This document shows, one piece after another, positions 24,054-36,765 of a stretch of DNA of 64,000 nt. The position numbers and the translations under genes were made by a program. The stretch is from Neoechinorhynchus agilis (Eukaryota > Animalia > Acanthocephala): positions 12,787,480 through 12,851,479 of the forward strand of contig CM121342.1 in assembly GCA_051530055.1 (NCBI GenBank). Direction: 5' to 3'. Positions within the stretch are counted from its first letter, which is position 1. The number at the start of each line of letters is the position of its first letter. The notes beneath the pieces are model-generated. The model had not been told where the DNA came from. It was given only the letters and a program-made list of their open reading frames with translations, and searched no databases.

Positions 24054-24854
24054 ATGGACTCATCAGATAGATTAGCTCCGAATTTTAAAGGTTTAAAAAG
24101 GATAGAAGACGATCAAAGGGACGATGGAACGAAGGACAAAACAAGGAAACCCTCTCTTTTGGTTGCCTCATCAAAAATAAAGTTCCAGAATATCCGTAAA
24201 AAATTCGAGGAATTAAGTCGAAATAACCAATGTGAGCAGCAAAGAAGCAAAATTTTAGGGTTGAAAGCGCCTAAAAAAGGAGAAAATCGAAATCAGGAAG
24301 ATGGTGACGCCCGTTTGAGTTATCAAGACGATTATCATCACGACATAATCTTTGGCGACATTGAAGAGCACCACAGAGAATATCATAAGAAGAATGAAGA
24401 AAATGTGGAGCGGTTGTTCGACAATCGATCACTTGATTTTACAAGTGATTCGTTGGAAGATCGCTTTGGTCGACTAATCGACACGCAGAATGATTCTTTG
24501 TGTGTTATAACAAAAGAAGTCCATTTGCGGCCGTTCGTTTCGTCGAATGGGAAAACCGATGAGTTCGTAAATCGAGCAGAAGAGGAGATATCGATAAATC
24601 AGAGCGACATCGATTGTATGCAAATTAAAAAGTCGGATAAATTTATTAAACAAATAATGAGACGATTGGTTAGCGAATTGGTTAAGAAAAATGAAAATAA
24701 AAATGAGTCAACGTTCTTGGATAGAAGCAGTGAAATCAATTCACAGAAGAGCTTAATTCCGACGATCAAGAAATACTGTCGCGTTTGTGGTCACAGGAAT
24801 CAAGAATTTACTTATCGACTACGGCACTGTGTGTTTTGCGGTAGTTTAGTGTGA
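24054..24854 (+). CDS. Intronless charged protein with C-terminal zinc ribbon
   Basis: C-terminal YCRVCG-x11-HCVFCG; ORF open in both copies. Confidence 0.7.
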   Translation: MDSSDRLAPNFKGLKRIEDDQRDDGTKDKTRKPSLLVASSKIKFQNIRKKFEELSRNNQCEQQRSKILGLKAPKKGENRNQEDGDARLSYQDDYHHDIIFGDIEEHHREYHKKNEENVERLFDNRSLDFTSDSLEDRFGRLIDTQNDSLCVITKEVHLRPFVSSNGKTDEFVNRAEEEISINQSDIDCMQIKKSDKFIKQIMRRLVSELVKKNENKNESTFLDRSSEINSQKSLIPTIKKYCRVCGHRNQEFTYRLRHCVFCGSLV

Positions 24855-25155
24855 ATAACGATTACTAAATAAAACATGCGATCATTTTGAAAATAGAAGT
24901 CACAAGGTCGTTGATTTCGTTTTTGAGAATTGCTGCATGAATAAACGATAGAAAAGTGTAGATTCTTTTCGTCTCAAAGTTTAGAGGCAATCGAATAAGC
25001 ATTCTGTCTTCTTTCACACATCTTGACTCTTTTAGTCTTTATAAGCTTGCTTCTTTAATCCCCACCTCTTTTAAGTGCTCTTTTCGTCTTTAACCTTCTT
25101 TACCATCAACAAGACTCCGTTTACTTTCTCTCTATCAAACTTTCTCTTTTTTCTA

Positions 25156-25857
<702 letters not shown>

Positions 25858-26168
25858 TTAGGAAACAATTTCGTCATAGAAACATTTTAGGCAGCTTGCT
25901 TACGTGTATTCCTGGGCAACGAGATTGTAGACTTGGGATTCTTTTACGTCTTTCTCAAAAGTCAGAATTGTTTGTTTGGTGATATAGAGATTAATTCGTG
26001 TGCTCTTTTTGGTTTACTATGGAAGAAGAATAACAAGAGATTCTGAAAAATGTTTTGTCCGTCTTCTGTCGGACAGATTATTTCGCAAGTTAAAAAACGG
26101 AGAAGGTTGTTACAGCCTCTGTCTGAACTTCGACTGTCGATGATATTTTTGAATTATACTTTTTTTGA

Positions 26169-26294
26169 TAGAGTTTATATTGGAAATATTTCGCGAGGAG
26201 GTAACCTCATCAACTCGAATATTTAAAAACTTACAAGCAATGACTGACGAGGCGAGATTACGTCCTCGCGAAACATTTCCAATATAAACTCTAA
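26169..26294. repeat. Inverted repeat carrying two outward-facing hammerhead-like motifs
   Basis: Arms 26171-26199 and 26263-26292 (28/29 match); CTGACGA-g-GCGAG..CTCGC-GAAA at 26244-26273. Confidence 0.7.
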
Positions 26295-26610
26295 AAATAT
26301 GTTATGATTGGGGGGGGGAGTTATTTTCAAAAAAAGTTTTGTTTAACCCTGAAGGATTTTCTCGAATTAATTTTGCAGAATCACGCAATATTTTTTGGGA
26401 CCTTTTTAGGTTTTTTTAGCGAGTTTAAAGTGCGAATCAAGAAGTATGATGAGAGAGACGAACGAAGCATCAATCGAGAATCACTTGGATTTGTTAAGAT
26501 TCTATTTTGTGGATAACACAGAGCGCGCGCGAGAGAGTATTATGATTGTTTCTCTTTCAAGTCGAAAGAATTTTTTCCCCGCCTTTCTTTTGTGTGCGTG
26601 TAGATTTGTC

Positions 26611-28039
26611 ATGTATTCAAACCGATGCGTGATATCGTCGATGGCACAAAAGTTGTGTACCGCTCCGGCTAATTCGATAGAAATTCCATGTGAGTGTTTA
26701 ATAGCACAAGCTCATGGAGGACGACTAGTGAAGAACACGTTGGTATTTTCGACGAACCGTCAATTTGTGTTCCAAATCACGAATGGGAGTCGTCGCGTGC
26801 GTATGTGCATGAATGCGGATTGCGTTGAGAGAATCTGTTACCGTTTAGCTGACGAAGTTCGACACTTATTTTTTTGTTTGAGATGAAATTCTCACACCCT
26901 AAGAAGGGCATCACAGAAGGTGGGGTGAGAGTTTCGTTGTATTTATGAAGACAGCCTTGGTCATATGATGAAAGGACTGAGGGCGTCTAAGAAGGAAACG
27001 AAAGGTTCAGCATCGACGTATACACATCCCGTTTTAGTGGTCATGAGTTCAAATGTACCCATGAGTGCATGTGAACGTTTAGTTGAACAATTGAACTTAT
27101 ATTTCTTTACCCAAGACTTGAGTGAGCTCGAAGACTATGAAGTAGTCGCAAAGTGCGTAATGCAGAACTGTGGCTCCCATCAATGGGCCATAGAACAAGC
27201 AAAGAGAAATCGATGCAGTTTTGAGCTGAAACAGAGCGGATTTCGATATGAACGAGCCTCGATCTTTATAGAAATCAATCATGTAAGCTGTCTTAGGGAA
27301 TCAAACGCGTTCTTGAATGATGCAATCGTTCATTTCTACTGTCAATATGTGTTCAATGAGCTTTCGGGTGTACAGGCCCAAAAGTATTGTTATGTATACG
27401 ATCCTCTTTTCATGGAATCCCTAAAAAATGGATTAGATAGTGAAGACGGACAGAAGCGACTTCGTAGTTGAGTGCGATTTAGCTTCTATGAAATAGCAGA
27501 TCTTTTTGCTTAATCTGCACGCATTTAAATGGACGCGCAATACTGATATCCGATCTAAGGACTTTCTCTTATTTCCCGTAGCCAGTGCTCTACATTGGTC
27601 TCTTTTAGTTCTATGCTTTCCCGGATTAGCAACCGTGAGCGAAGACGACTACATAGCGTTGAAACACAAAATTATCGAGGATCGGAAATATCAATCACCA
27701 AAGCCACGTATCCTTATAATGGATTCACTGACTTCTTCACTAGAATGTAAGACTTCTTCTATGTCGGCGCCATCGTTGATAGTTAAATATATGTCGCAAA
27801 TATGGACATCTAAACCAAGGAAGTTGCTAAATCTAGACATTGTAAATGTTTGTACACCACAACAAATGAACTTTGTTGACTGTGGACTCTTTCTTCTTGC
27901 ATACGTCGAGTCTTTTCTTTTGGGCTTTAACGAACGTTTTGATCAATTAGATGAAATAGAACGGGCTTTGGATCAAGTAAGTGTCAAAGGAATGAGGAAA
28001 CGGATACTCGATGTTGTGCGGCATTTGCCACCTCAATGA
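26611..28039 (+). CDS. SUMO protease, SENP6/7-like (Ulp1/C48); start approximate
   Basis: FLNDAIVHFY; KWTRNTDIRSKDFLLFP..HWSL; IMDSL; QQMNFVDCGLFLL (His-Asp-Cys triad). Confidence 0.88.
27467..27527 (+). other. Non-canonical TA-flanked hairpin insert (putative intron, 61 nt) in SENP
   Basis: CG-TA-[GTTGAGTGCGATTTAGC...GCTTAATCTGCACGCATT-TA]-AATGG; removal gives KRLRKWTRNTDI. Confidence 0.75.
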
Positions 28040-28153
28040 TGCACCTTCTCATAAATAATACAGAATATGATTTGCTTGGCCAAAAGCGTTGTTCAATAGA
28101 CTTAAATGTTGTTTAGTTTCTAATGAGCCAACAGCACGCATCCATTTCCGCTT

Positions 28154-29192
28154 TTATTCTAATGAGATGACCGAAATCATCGTTGCGATGCACTGACTGA
28201 CATTTCTGAGCAGCAGTTCATCTACCTCCTCATTGACGTGTCTTTTCGGATCCTTCCTTCCAACATTCTTGACAACCATTTCCTTCTCACTGAACTTCTC
28301 CTCTTCGTTCAGCCTACTCACATACTGTTCTCCTAAAGTCTTAAGATTTGTTAACGCTTCCACGTTTTGTTTCTCGTGTTCCTTAAAATCAGCTAAATGC
28401 CATCCTGCACTCCAATTTTCTCTATGAAGGTTAAGAAGCATCCACGTTTCGAGATCATTCTTCAAATATTGAATTCCTATTGAATAATAGTGGCGATTTA
28501 GTCCGTGCACAATGGCCTGCGTCGAAGGCTTGCATTGGTGGCCAATCATGCTGGTTACTTGACGAGACTCGTGTCTTGTCAAAAGCCCACCAGCTCCGAT
28601 CAATCGAAAAGCATCGATGACTACTTTTCCTTTGACGCTTTGAATGGGGTCGATGACCACAGCAACTGCTCTTTTCGCTAACTGTTCAAAACTTTGTTGT
28701 GTACTGATATCTACGCGGCGTGGAGAAAGAGTGGTTTTCAAATCTCGATTAGAGAAAAAAAGAAGGAAAAGCTCTCAAACCAAAAACAGCTCAAAAACCT
28801 CTCTTTCTCCGTACTCCAGAAAGCCAACACCCGAATCCAGGATGGCTGTGGTACCACCCAACTACGGTCTCGGGTCTTCCCGTCTGTTTCAACATATCGA
28901 GCATCTTTGCTTGAAACACTGGGTCGACCGCTTCAACGCTAACCCCAGTGCCCGATTGAGGCATCGCAAACACGTCCACGACCGTTACCGTGTATTCATC
29001 AACGAAGCGGCCCAACATAAGACCCATCACCTCCATCGGAACACCAGCTCGACCGTGTTTGAGCATCTTTAGTAAACTAAGGGCCGATATATATATCTGC
29101 TCAGCTGTATCTTGAACTTCAACATCTCGTTGACCGCCACCACCGTCGACTCGCTGACCACCCGTCACTATACTGCGAAGTAGATTCTCCAT
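28154..29192 (-). CDS. PSMD14: 26S proteasome JAMM deubiquitinase RPN11
   Basis: [32 protein letters not shown]; [17 protein letters not shown]; [19 protein letters not shown]. Confidence 0.97.
28712..28811 (-). other. Non-canonical GTA-flanked hairpin insert (putative intron, 100 nt) inside the RPN11 JAMM motif
   Basis: GGA-GTA-[CGGAGAAAGAGAGGTTTTT...GAAAACCACTCTTTCTCCACGCCGC-GTA]-GAT; 16/18 inverted repeat. Confidence 0.78.
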
Positions 29193-29439
29193 ATCGCTCT
29201 TTTTTCAGTTCCTCCGCCAAACGCGAGGAGTGGGAGAAGGGCCACTTCTTCAAAAGTCTTCCGTGTGAATGTAACGCAGTTTCCATTGATTATCATAACG
29301 GCAAAAAACCCATTTCCGATCAAACAGCGTCGCCGCCATAATGCCGATGACTCTTCCGAGTGCCAATTATTTTCATAATAGCGTGAATCGCTGAGGCGCA
29401 TGTTTTTATTTTAATTTCACAAAAATACGAGCTAGAGTT

Positions 29440-30438
29440 TATTTATTTGCCTAGCCTTCGCAGTACGACGGCTTCAACTGGGAAGCAGTCTAAAATGTGT
29501 GGAGTGGGGAGACACAAATAGGTCACAACGTTCGCGAATCGAGTTCACTAGCTCATTCCTCTTGTTGACGAGGTGCATCCGCCCTCATCCTCAGTTCTTT
29601 CCCGATTCGAACCCATCGCCTCTCCCAAAATCACCGCCGCTATCGCTAAATCCAAAAGGGGCTTTATAAATGATCTCGGTGGATAGGTTCACCTCGCCAT
29701 CTGAATGGCACCGCGAATGGTGTTACGCCCGAGGTGTGGCTGCGTATACTGGCAGGAAAAGGCCAGCAAGCGAATGGTTGATGATTTCGAGAGGAATCGG
29801 CAAAAGTTAAAGCCCATTCTGAAGATTCCATTCGTCAGCGAGCAATTCACGAGCGACATAAGAAGACTGTTGCGAAGAGCGGGATTGGATGTTCGCCTGG
29901 TTAACGAGGACGGAACATCGCTCATGCCCGAGCGCACGCCAGGCAAGGACAGGAAGGGTCGATATGGTGCTGCGCGGTGTGGAGAGAACGCAACGTTGTG
30001 TATAAGATGACATGCGAACATTGCAAAAAAAAGGAAATGGCGTTATATCACATATATTGGGAAGACGGAGCAGCGACCGCTGTACAAACGAGTTACATGG
30101 AACATGTTCGTAATGCGCTCAACCCCAGCGTGCCAGCAGCCACACCTCGGGCGTAACACCATTCGCGGTGCCATTCAGATGGCGAGGTGAACCTATCCAC
30201 CGAGATCATTTATAAAGCCCCTTTTGGATTTAGCGATAGCGGCGGTGATTTTGGGAGAGGCGATGGGTTCGAATCGGGAAAGAACTGAGGATGAGGGCGG
30301 ATGCACCTCGTCAACAAGAGGAATGAGCTAGTGAACACGATTCGCGAACGTTGTGACCTATTTGTGTCTCCCCACTCCACACATTTTAGATTGCTTCCCA
30401 GTTGAAGCCGTCGTACTGCGAAGGCTAGGCAAATAAAT
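29440..30438 (+). mobile_element. Penelope-like element 3' fragment with an inverted terminal copy (about 300-bp arms)
   Basis: Arms about 29441-29743 and 30137-30438 nearly identical; spacer encodes KIPFVSEQF..VYKMTCEHC..YIGKT..EHVRNA. Confidence 0.88.
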
Positions 30439-30980
30439 CAACTATATCTGTGCCGTATATGTCAAATTAAATTAAAATTAAACCCAATTATTTTCGTACC
30501 ACGACTCCATCGTCCCAATGATTCACTCTCTTGATGATTTTTATTGGCCCTTTCCCTAAATGGTCACAAACACAAAGATTTAATGGGAAATATGGTATTG
30601 GTTATGAATAATAAAAATTTCATTTTCCCTCACTGTATTGTCCGATGAGGCAACTTCTTCGTAAGCCATCAGCATCTTTTAGTGCTCGGTTAGACACTTT
30701 TTTAGATAGTAGTGGTCGAAGGACATACCTGTTCGCAATCCCGAAGAGCATGCCCGAACGTATCGATTCGAATCGCACTTGTGTCGCCATTAGTATAATT
30801 TATTGATTTTGCTTGTTTTTGATTGGAATAAAATTCAACTTGAGCAGAATCGGAGTTCAGGCTCCCGAGTCTGTTGAGAAACAATTCGTATGAAAGTTTA
30901 AAGAGGTATAGAGAGAGAACAAAGAAATATTCTATGTTAAAGGGACTCCGCGATATGACGATTAAATTTCGAGTCTATAG

Positions 30981-31900
30981 TCAATTAAAATCAACGAACC
31001 TTCCAATAAGCTTTAAATTGGTACTGTTATTATGATCATTTGGTTGGAAAGATCCAACGTCAAAAGGAAACCACATTCCTTGATTTAGGAGATCATATTG
31101 ATCGTCTTTACAGAATTCGATTTCTTTGTTTCCCCTAAACTCTAGCACGTGATCAATGGTGATGTGGTCAGTTGAGCATTGATTGGTATCGACAAGAAGA
31201 GTATCTGTGATTTCGACACCACACTCTTCCACCACAGATCGGGAACGAATAATTGCGATTTGGTTGTTTTGAGTGACCGTTCTTCTATATTCGTTTGAGT
31301 GATGGTCTAATGGAAACCTTAAAAATGATCTATTGAATCTAGAATGGCCGGAAGCGCTCGTGGTGTTCGCAAGGGGTGGGAGACTAGTGATCAATTCAGT
31401 GAATGGACCCATTGGATCCTTGACCACCAGTGACTCGAGATGACCATTGAGCACTTCCATTCCATACCGGTCCTCGCATAGACCAATTCGGATTATTTTG
31501 GATTCTGTGTACTTGGTCGTATTCAATTGTTGGTTTTCAGGATACAAAAATCTTCCAAACAAAGCACGGGGGAGATCCTACGATGGTTCAAAGAAAACTT
31601 TTTGTTGTTGTAAAATGCACGTACCCTTATCCGGTCTCCGATGCTTTGATGATGGCTCGAACAACCGACGATGGCAGCGTATGAAATGACGAACATGAGA
31701 GCAAAAACGAGGATTCCAAACACAACAAGGACACCAAGGAGTCGATTGATGAGAAGAAGACGACCTATTGTATGAGTTTGTGGATTGGCGTCGGTTTTGT
31801 ATATTCTGAGCTTATTGAGTTGATCATTACACCCCCGCCCACAAAGTGTAATCTCAACCCTTACATTGTTGTTGTTGCGGTTGCGATTGCGACTGTTCAT
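30981..31900 (-). CDS. Single-pass membrane protein, unknown function (two exons; may extend towards 30700)
   Basis: TM segment LLGVLVVFGILVFALMFVISYAAIVG; GT-AG intron at about 31579-31623 joins ORFs 31523-31900 and 30981-31562 in frame. Confidence 0.6.
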
Positions 31901-32237
31901 CGGTATTCTTTAGATCAAGAGATGAGCTAGAGGCTGATTTGGTTGATTGGGTTTCAGGGATGACCGATAATCGCTGCTGAGTATCCATGGAATCCGCCAT
32001 TCTAAGAGCTCGAGGATGTATGCGCGCGCGAAGAGAGGGGAATAGGAAGACGTCGATTGCGTCTGCCGGACAGTAGCAGCCTGATAATCCATTTATTCGT
32101 ACGGGCCCGCGCGTGTGTGACTGACGTTTGGGGCTGGTCAGCCTGCGTGATGTGCTGCCATCATATGCGGACGGGGTGCTGTGGTGCGTATTGCGCTTCC
32201 TTAAAGTTCACACACTCTAGCAAACCACCGATTTTAG

Positions 32238-32615
32238 ATGATGATGACATCGTCGATCGATGGATTCCCTTATCCGCGTATCAACGGATCTCTTCTTTCA
32301 AAGTACCAGTCTCAACGGGCCTGTGTTCTCGGCACAACCGAACCAAACGCCCATTCGGTAACCGAATTTATTCTTAGAATGTCCGATGGAAAGGAACTTG
32401 CAGTTCGATCGAGAGTACCACTTACACCCACATACTTACCATGCCTCGTTGAAGTTACCGGAACTGTCGGACCGACGTCTAGAACACCAACTTTCTCGGC
32501 CGATCATCTGACAATGTTCAGCGAAGAACAAGCCAAAGATTTCGATATAGAACTATATGATTCGGCTATACTGATCTCGAACACTAGTCCTAAAATGTAT
32601 CCTCTTGGAAATTAA
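32238..32615 (+). CDS. RPA3: Replication protein A 14-kDa subunit-like
   Basis: PRINGSLLSKY, LVEVTGTV, DFDIELYD; size about 125 aa. Confidence 0.75.
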   Translation: MMMTSSIDGFPYPRINGSLLSKYQSQRACVLGTTEPNAHSVTEFILRMSDGKELAVRSRVPLTPTYLPCLVEVTGTVGPTSRTPTFSADHLTMFSEEQAKDFDIELYDSAILISNTSPKMYPLGN

Positions 32616-33123
32616 ACTCTTTTGTGCATCAATAGATCTCACAGTTTCACATAACTTTTAAAAGTAACGTCTCGTCCAATCAGGTAGTCGCTAAAGATCA
32701 AAAGCGATACGCAAACGGGATTGCGACGTGACATTTTAACGCAACGTGGTGATCGATTTCTCGCAGCATTTTAGATATAAAAATTGGAGATCATGAAAAT
32801 AGTTTCGAACTGACATTTTTAACACAAAATCAACAAAACGCTTCGGAATATATTAGAAACATTATAATATAAATTAGATCTGTCGTTTAAATGTTAATAA
32901 TATCGAGATGGACAAACTTAACGAATGCATAATTTTATTGCACATAAATTCGTCTATCATCTTACGTGTTGGTGCTTCCTTGAATTCGAATTTATTGATC
33001 CAAATCGCATCTCGGATTAATCTAAGACCTTTCATAATTTTTACCCTGTATCAGGGCGAAGATCAAATATAAAGGCCGACTTTAAATTGCATTGATCATA
33101 ATGGTGGATTAAACATATTTTGA

Positions 33124-33230
33124 ATTAAGTTATTTCGCTAGGAAGCTAAACTTCATCAGTTATCTATAAAGATTTTAATCGTTTTGAATGGTAGCCAGGA
33201 TTCTCACCCTCACAATTTTCTCTTAATGAT
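33124..33230 (-). mobile_element. Possible Penelope-like 3' relic with degenerate hammerhead
   Basis: gataa-CTGATGA-a-GTTTAGCTTCCTAGC-GAAA-TAAC-ttaat. Confidence 0.35.
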
Positions 33231-33319
33231 TAATAAAGACCGACTTTCGTTTCCACATTAATAAAAAGTCGGCCGTTGAATGAAGTAATCAACCGACGGC
33301 CAAAGGAATACGACTTTTC

Positions 33320-33430
33320 TCGGTTTATAAGCATGGCTGTCCAGCGAGGGAACGCAGCTAGCATTATGGGCACGATTTCTAAAGGCAGCGAGCTATGCCG
33401 TTATTGATGCTGCGAGTACAAATAAATTGT
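33320..33430 (+). mobile_element. CRE-like 3' end stub
   Basis: FISMAVQRGNAASIMGT followed by AATAAA. Confidence 0.65.
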
Positions 33431-33724
33431 CTTACTCCCTAAAACAATGTAATTTTTTAAAGTCTATCTAGCCGTTTCACGGATGATAATTTTATTGCTT
33501 GGTCACACAACCCACCGATCTGGTTAAGGGCAGTGAATAAAATAACTTAATACCCTGAACCATACGGTTATGTGTTTTCAAGTCTCCGGCATAATCCCGA
33601 GCATGACATATTTGAAATATTCTCTAGGAGACGGGACTCATCAGCAAGCTTCCTCCCTTCACCAGTATTTCGTACCCTTGGTTGTGAGTCATCGGCGATA
33701 GTGAATTTTGAACAGGGATAGACA

Positions 33725-34600
33725 ACCTTCGCACAACTAACAACAACACGTTTATTGTTGAAAATACAAAGAAAGAATAGGAGGGCCCATGTACTTTTGG
33801 GTCCTTATAAGCATTCAAGTTCACAATCGTTCAAAAATAGGAAAAGCGTATCAATTAAGATGGGAATATCAAGTCGAAGGATGTCTATTCGGATGGGACT
33901 ATCCAGGGGGAAGGTTCGTTCGGGTGAGAATGTGTCCGTTCGTTTGAGAATATCCGGTCAGGTTGGAAGGTCGGTTTTGGTGGTAATTGGTGTTTATTTC
34001 TTGCAGGAGAGCTTGTAAGGTTGGGTCTTTCCTCAGGTTCATTTCAGGTTATGATATCCGAGGAGATTGGGCAGTATTGAAAAAGGAGCGGAGGTATAGG
34101 GAGGTGCGAGGTCAAGAGAGGATGAAACGAATTAGAATTACGAGTGTTGTGCTCGTGTGAAAAGTGAGCGATATGTGGTAGAAATTGTGGTGGTAGGGTT
34201 GAGAGGCGTTTTGGTTGTTTAATGAAAATAGCCTCAAGGCATTCGGTGAGAGGGGGAAAGTAAGTTGTGCAAATTTTAGATGCGTTTTTATGAAGAATTT
34301 CAAGACGGCGGACTCGCGATTTGGAAAGGTTGCAAAATATGGGGTAACCGTAGGTGAGGGATGGTAAAATAAAGCGGAAGTAAAATTTGTAGAGATCGGG
34401 TGAAGGGTTTCCTAAATGTCGAAGGCGTCTAAGGAGATAAATTTTAAAGGTATTGCGCTTGAGGGAGAGAGTGATGTGCGAGACCTATTTCAAATTTGAT
34501 TGAAATTGGACATAAAGAATTCTTAGGGAGGTTACTCGTGGGATGTCATTTAGAAGCTCAGGGGATGATGTGGGGTTGCGGGGGAGAAAGGGGATCATTT
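33725..34600 (-). mobile_element. L2/Crack-like LINE 3' fragment
   Basis: IYLLRRLRHLG..LYKFYFRFILPSLTYGYPIF..LEILHKNASKI; AATAAAC then (TTG)n tail at about 33725. Confidence 0.8.
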
Positions 34601-35099
34601 CCAAGCGTTTAAAGAAATTGAGATGGAGTTTGTGAGTGGTGCAGAAATCTTTGTAAATGGGAACATTTTATGTCCTCTAATTTTTGATGACTAATAACAA
34701 ATCGTTTAGTTTCTCTTTTAACAAGCAGGAAACATATACCGCTAACGAAGTCCAAAAAAAGAAGAACAATGCGGTGGCCATCAAGGAAGCTGCCGAACAA
34801 TCATAACGTATGGGTAATGCGGATATGATGTGACTGCGAAATAAAATGCTGAACAATTGAAGGAAATTATACAAATTGGACAAAACACTATCGAAAAGGA
34901 TTTATATTGAGGATTGCATTCGGTTGCGTAGTTAGAGCGATGTACTGTTATTTAGATAGCTTGTCAGCAGCCGAGAAGAGAGATCGTGTTAAAGTATACA
35001 TTTGGACTGTTTGTATCAGTCATTTGATCAGTTCTATCTAAGAATTTGATAAGGATTTCAGGAAAGTAATAGTAAATACTCTCTCTTCTTTTTTTGTTA

Positions 35100-35290
35100 A
35101 TTCTTTAAGCGAGGGTTGGAAGTACTCCTTGGGGAGATTTGAAATCGACTTCAAATCCAGGCACTTTACTTTTCTCAATTTTAAAATAAAGCAAACGTCA
35201 CAAATTACGTTCACCGCCTGAATTTGGACAGAGCGTTTATAAATCCGGCTTCAGTATAATCCAAAGTCTTTAGATTCTTTCTCATCAATG
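35100..35290 (-). CDS. Possible metaxin-like exons (weak)
   Basis: MRKNLKTLDYTEAGFINALSKF / KVPGFEVDFKSPQGVLPTL resembles the metaxin SPxGxLP motif; full model not resolved. Confidence 0.25.
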
Positions 35291-35333
35291 TTTAATCTTA
35301 TTAGCGTTTTAGGCTCGAAATCTCATTGTCGAG

Positions 35334-36346
<1,013 letters not shown>

Positions 36347-36451
36347 CGTTTTTTCACTACTTTGTGAGGAAATTGTACGGTCTGAAGATTCTAGGAACAT
36401 CTTCTACATTCTCAATGCCCTAAAAAGCTTTTTATTTAATCTCACCGTAAT

Positions 36452-36694
36452 TTAAGCTCTTACTCTTGGCACATACGGGTTTCCAGTTATGCGATGATCT
36501 CTCAGAAGCATGTAGAAATCCCGACTGTCTAAATTCTGACGATGCACTCTTCCCTGATTTATACATGAACGCGCCCTAATCAAAATCATACGAACCTTTC
36601 CAATCCAAAGCTTATTGATTCCGTATACAACGAGCGGTACGGCGCATATGGGTCCGGCCGTCAATGCCCAAGTGACCAGAATGTCGTACCACAT
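36452..36694 (-). CDS. NDUFA1: Complex I subunit NDUFA1 (MWFE)-like, with a probable 42-nt in-frame GT-AG intron
   Basis: MWYDIL + TM helix + MLLRDHRITGNPY. Confidence 0.8.
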   Translation of the reverse strand: MWYDILVTWALTAGPICAVPLVVYGINKLWIGKVRMILIRARSCINQGRVHRQNLDSRDFYMLLRDHRITGNPYVPRVRA

Positions 36695-36765
36695 CTAGAA
36701 AAAAATCCAAACATGGGTACCAAATTCGCACAAAAGAAACCACCTCTCCTATACAGAGTGAACGT

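Noticed and set aside
33605-33650. Minus-strand CTGATGAGTCCC..GAATATTTC as a hammerhead
   Set aside because: Stem II and GAAA are broken; at most a decayed Penelope end
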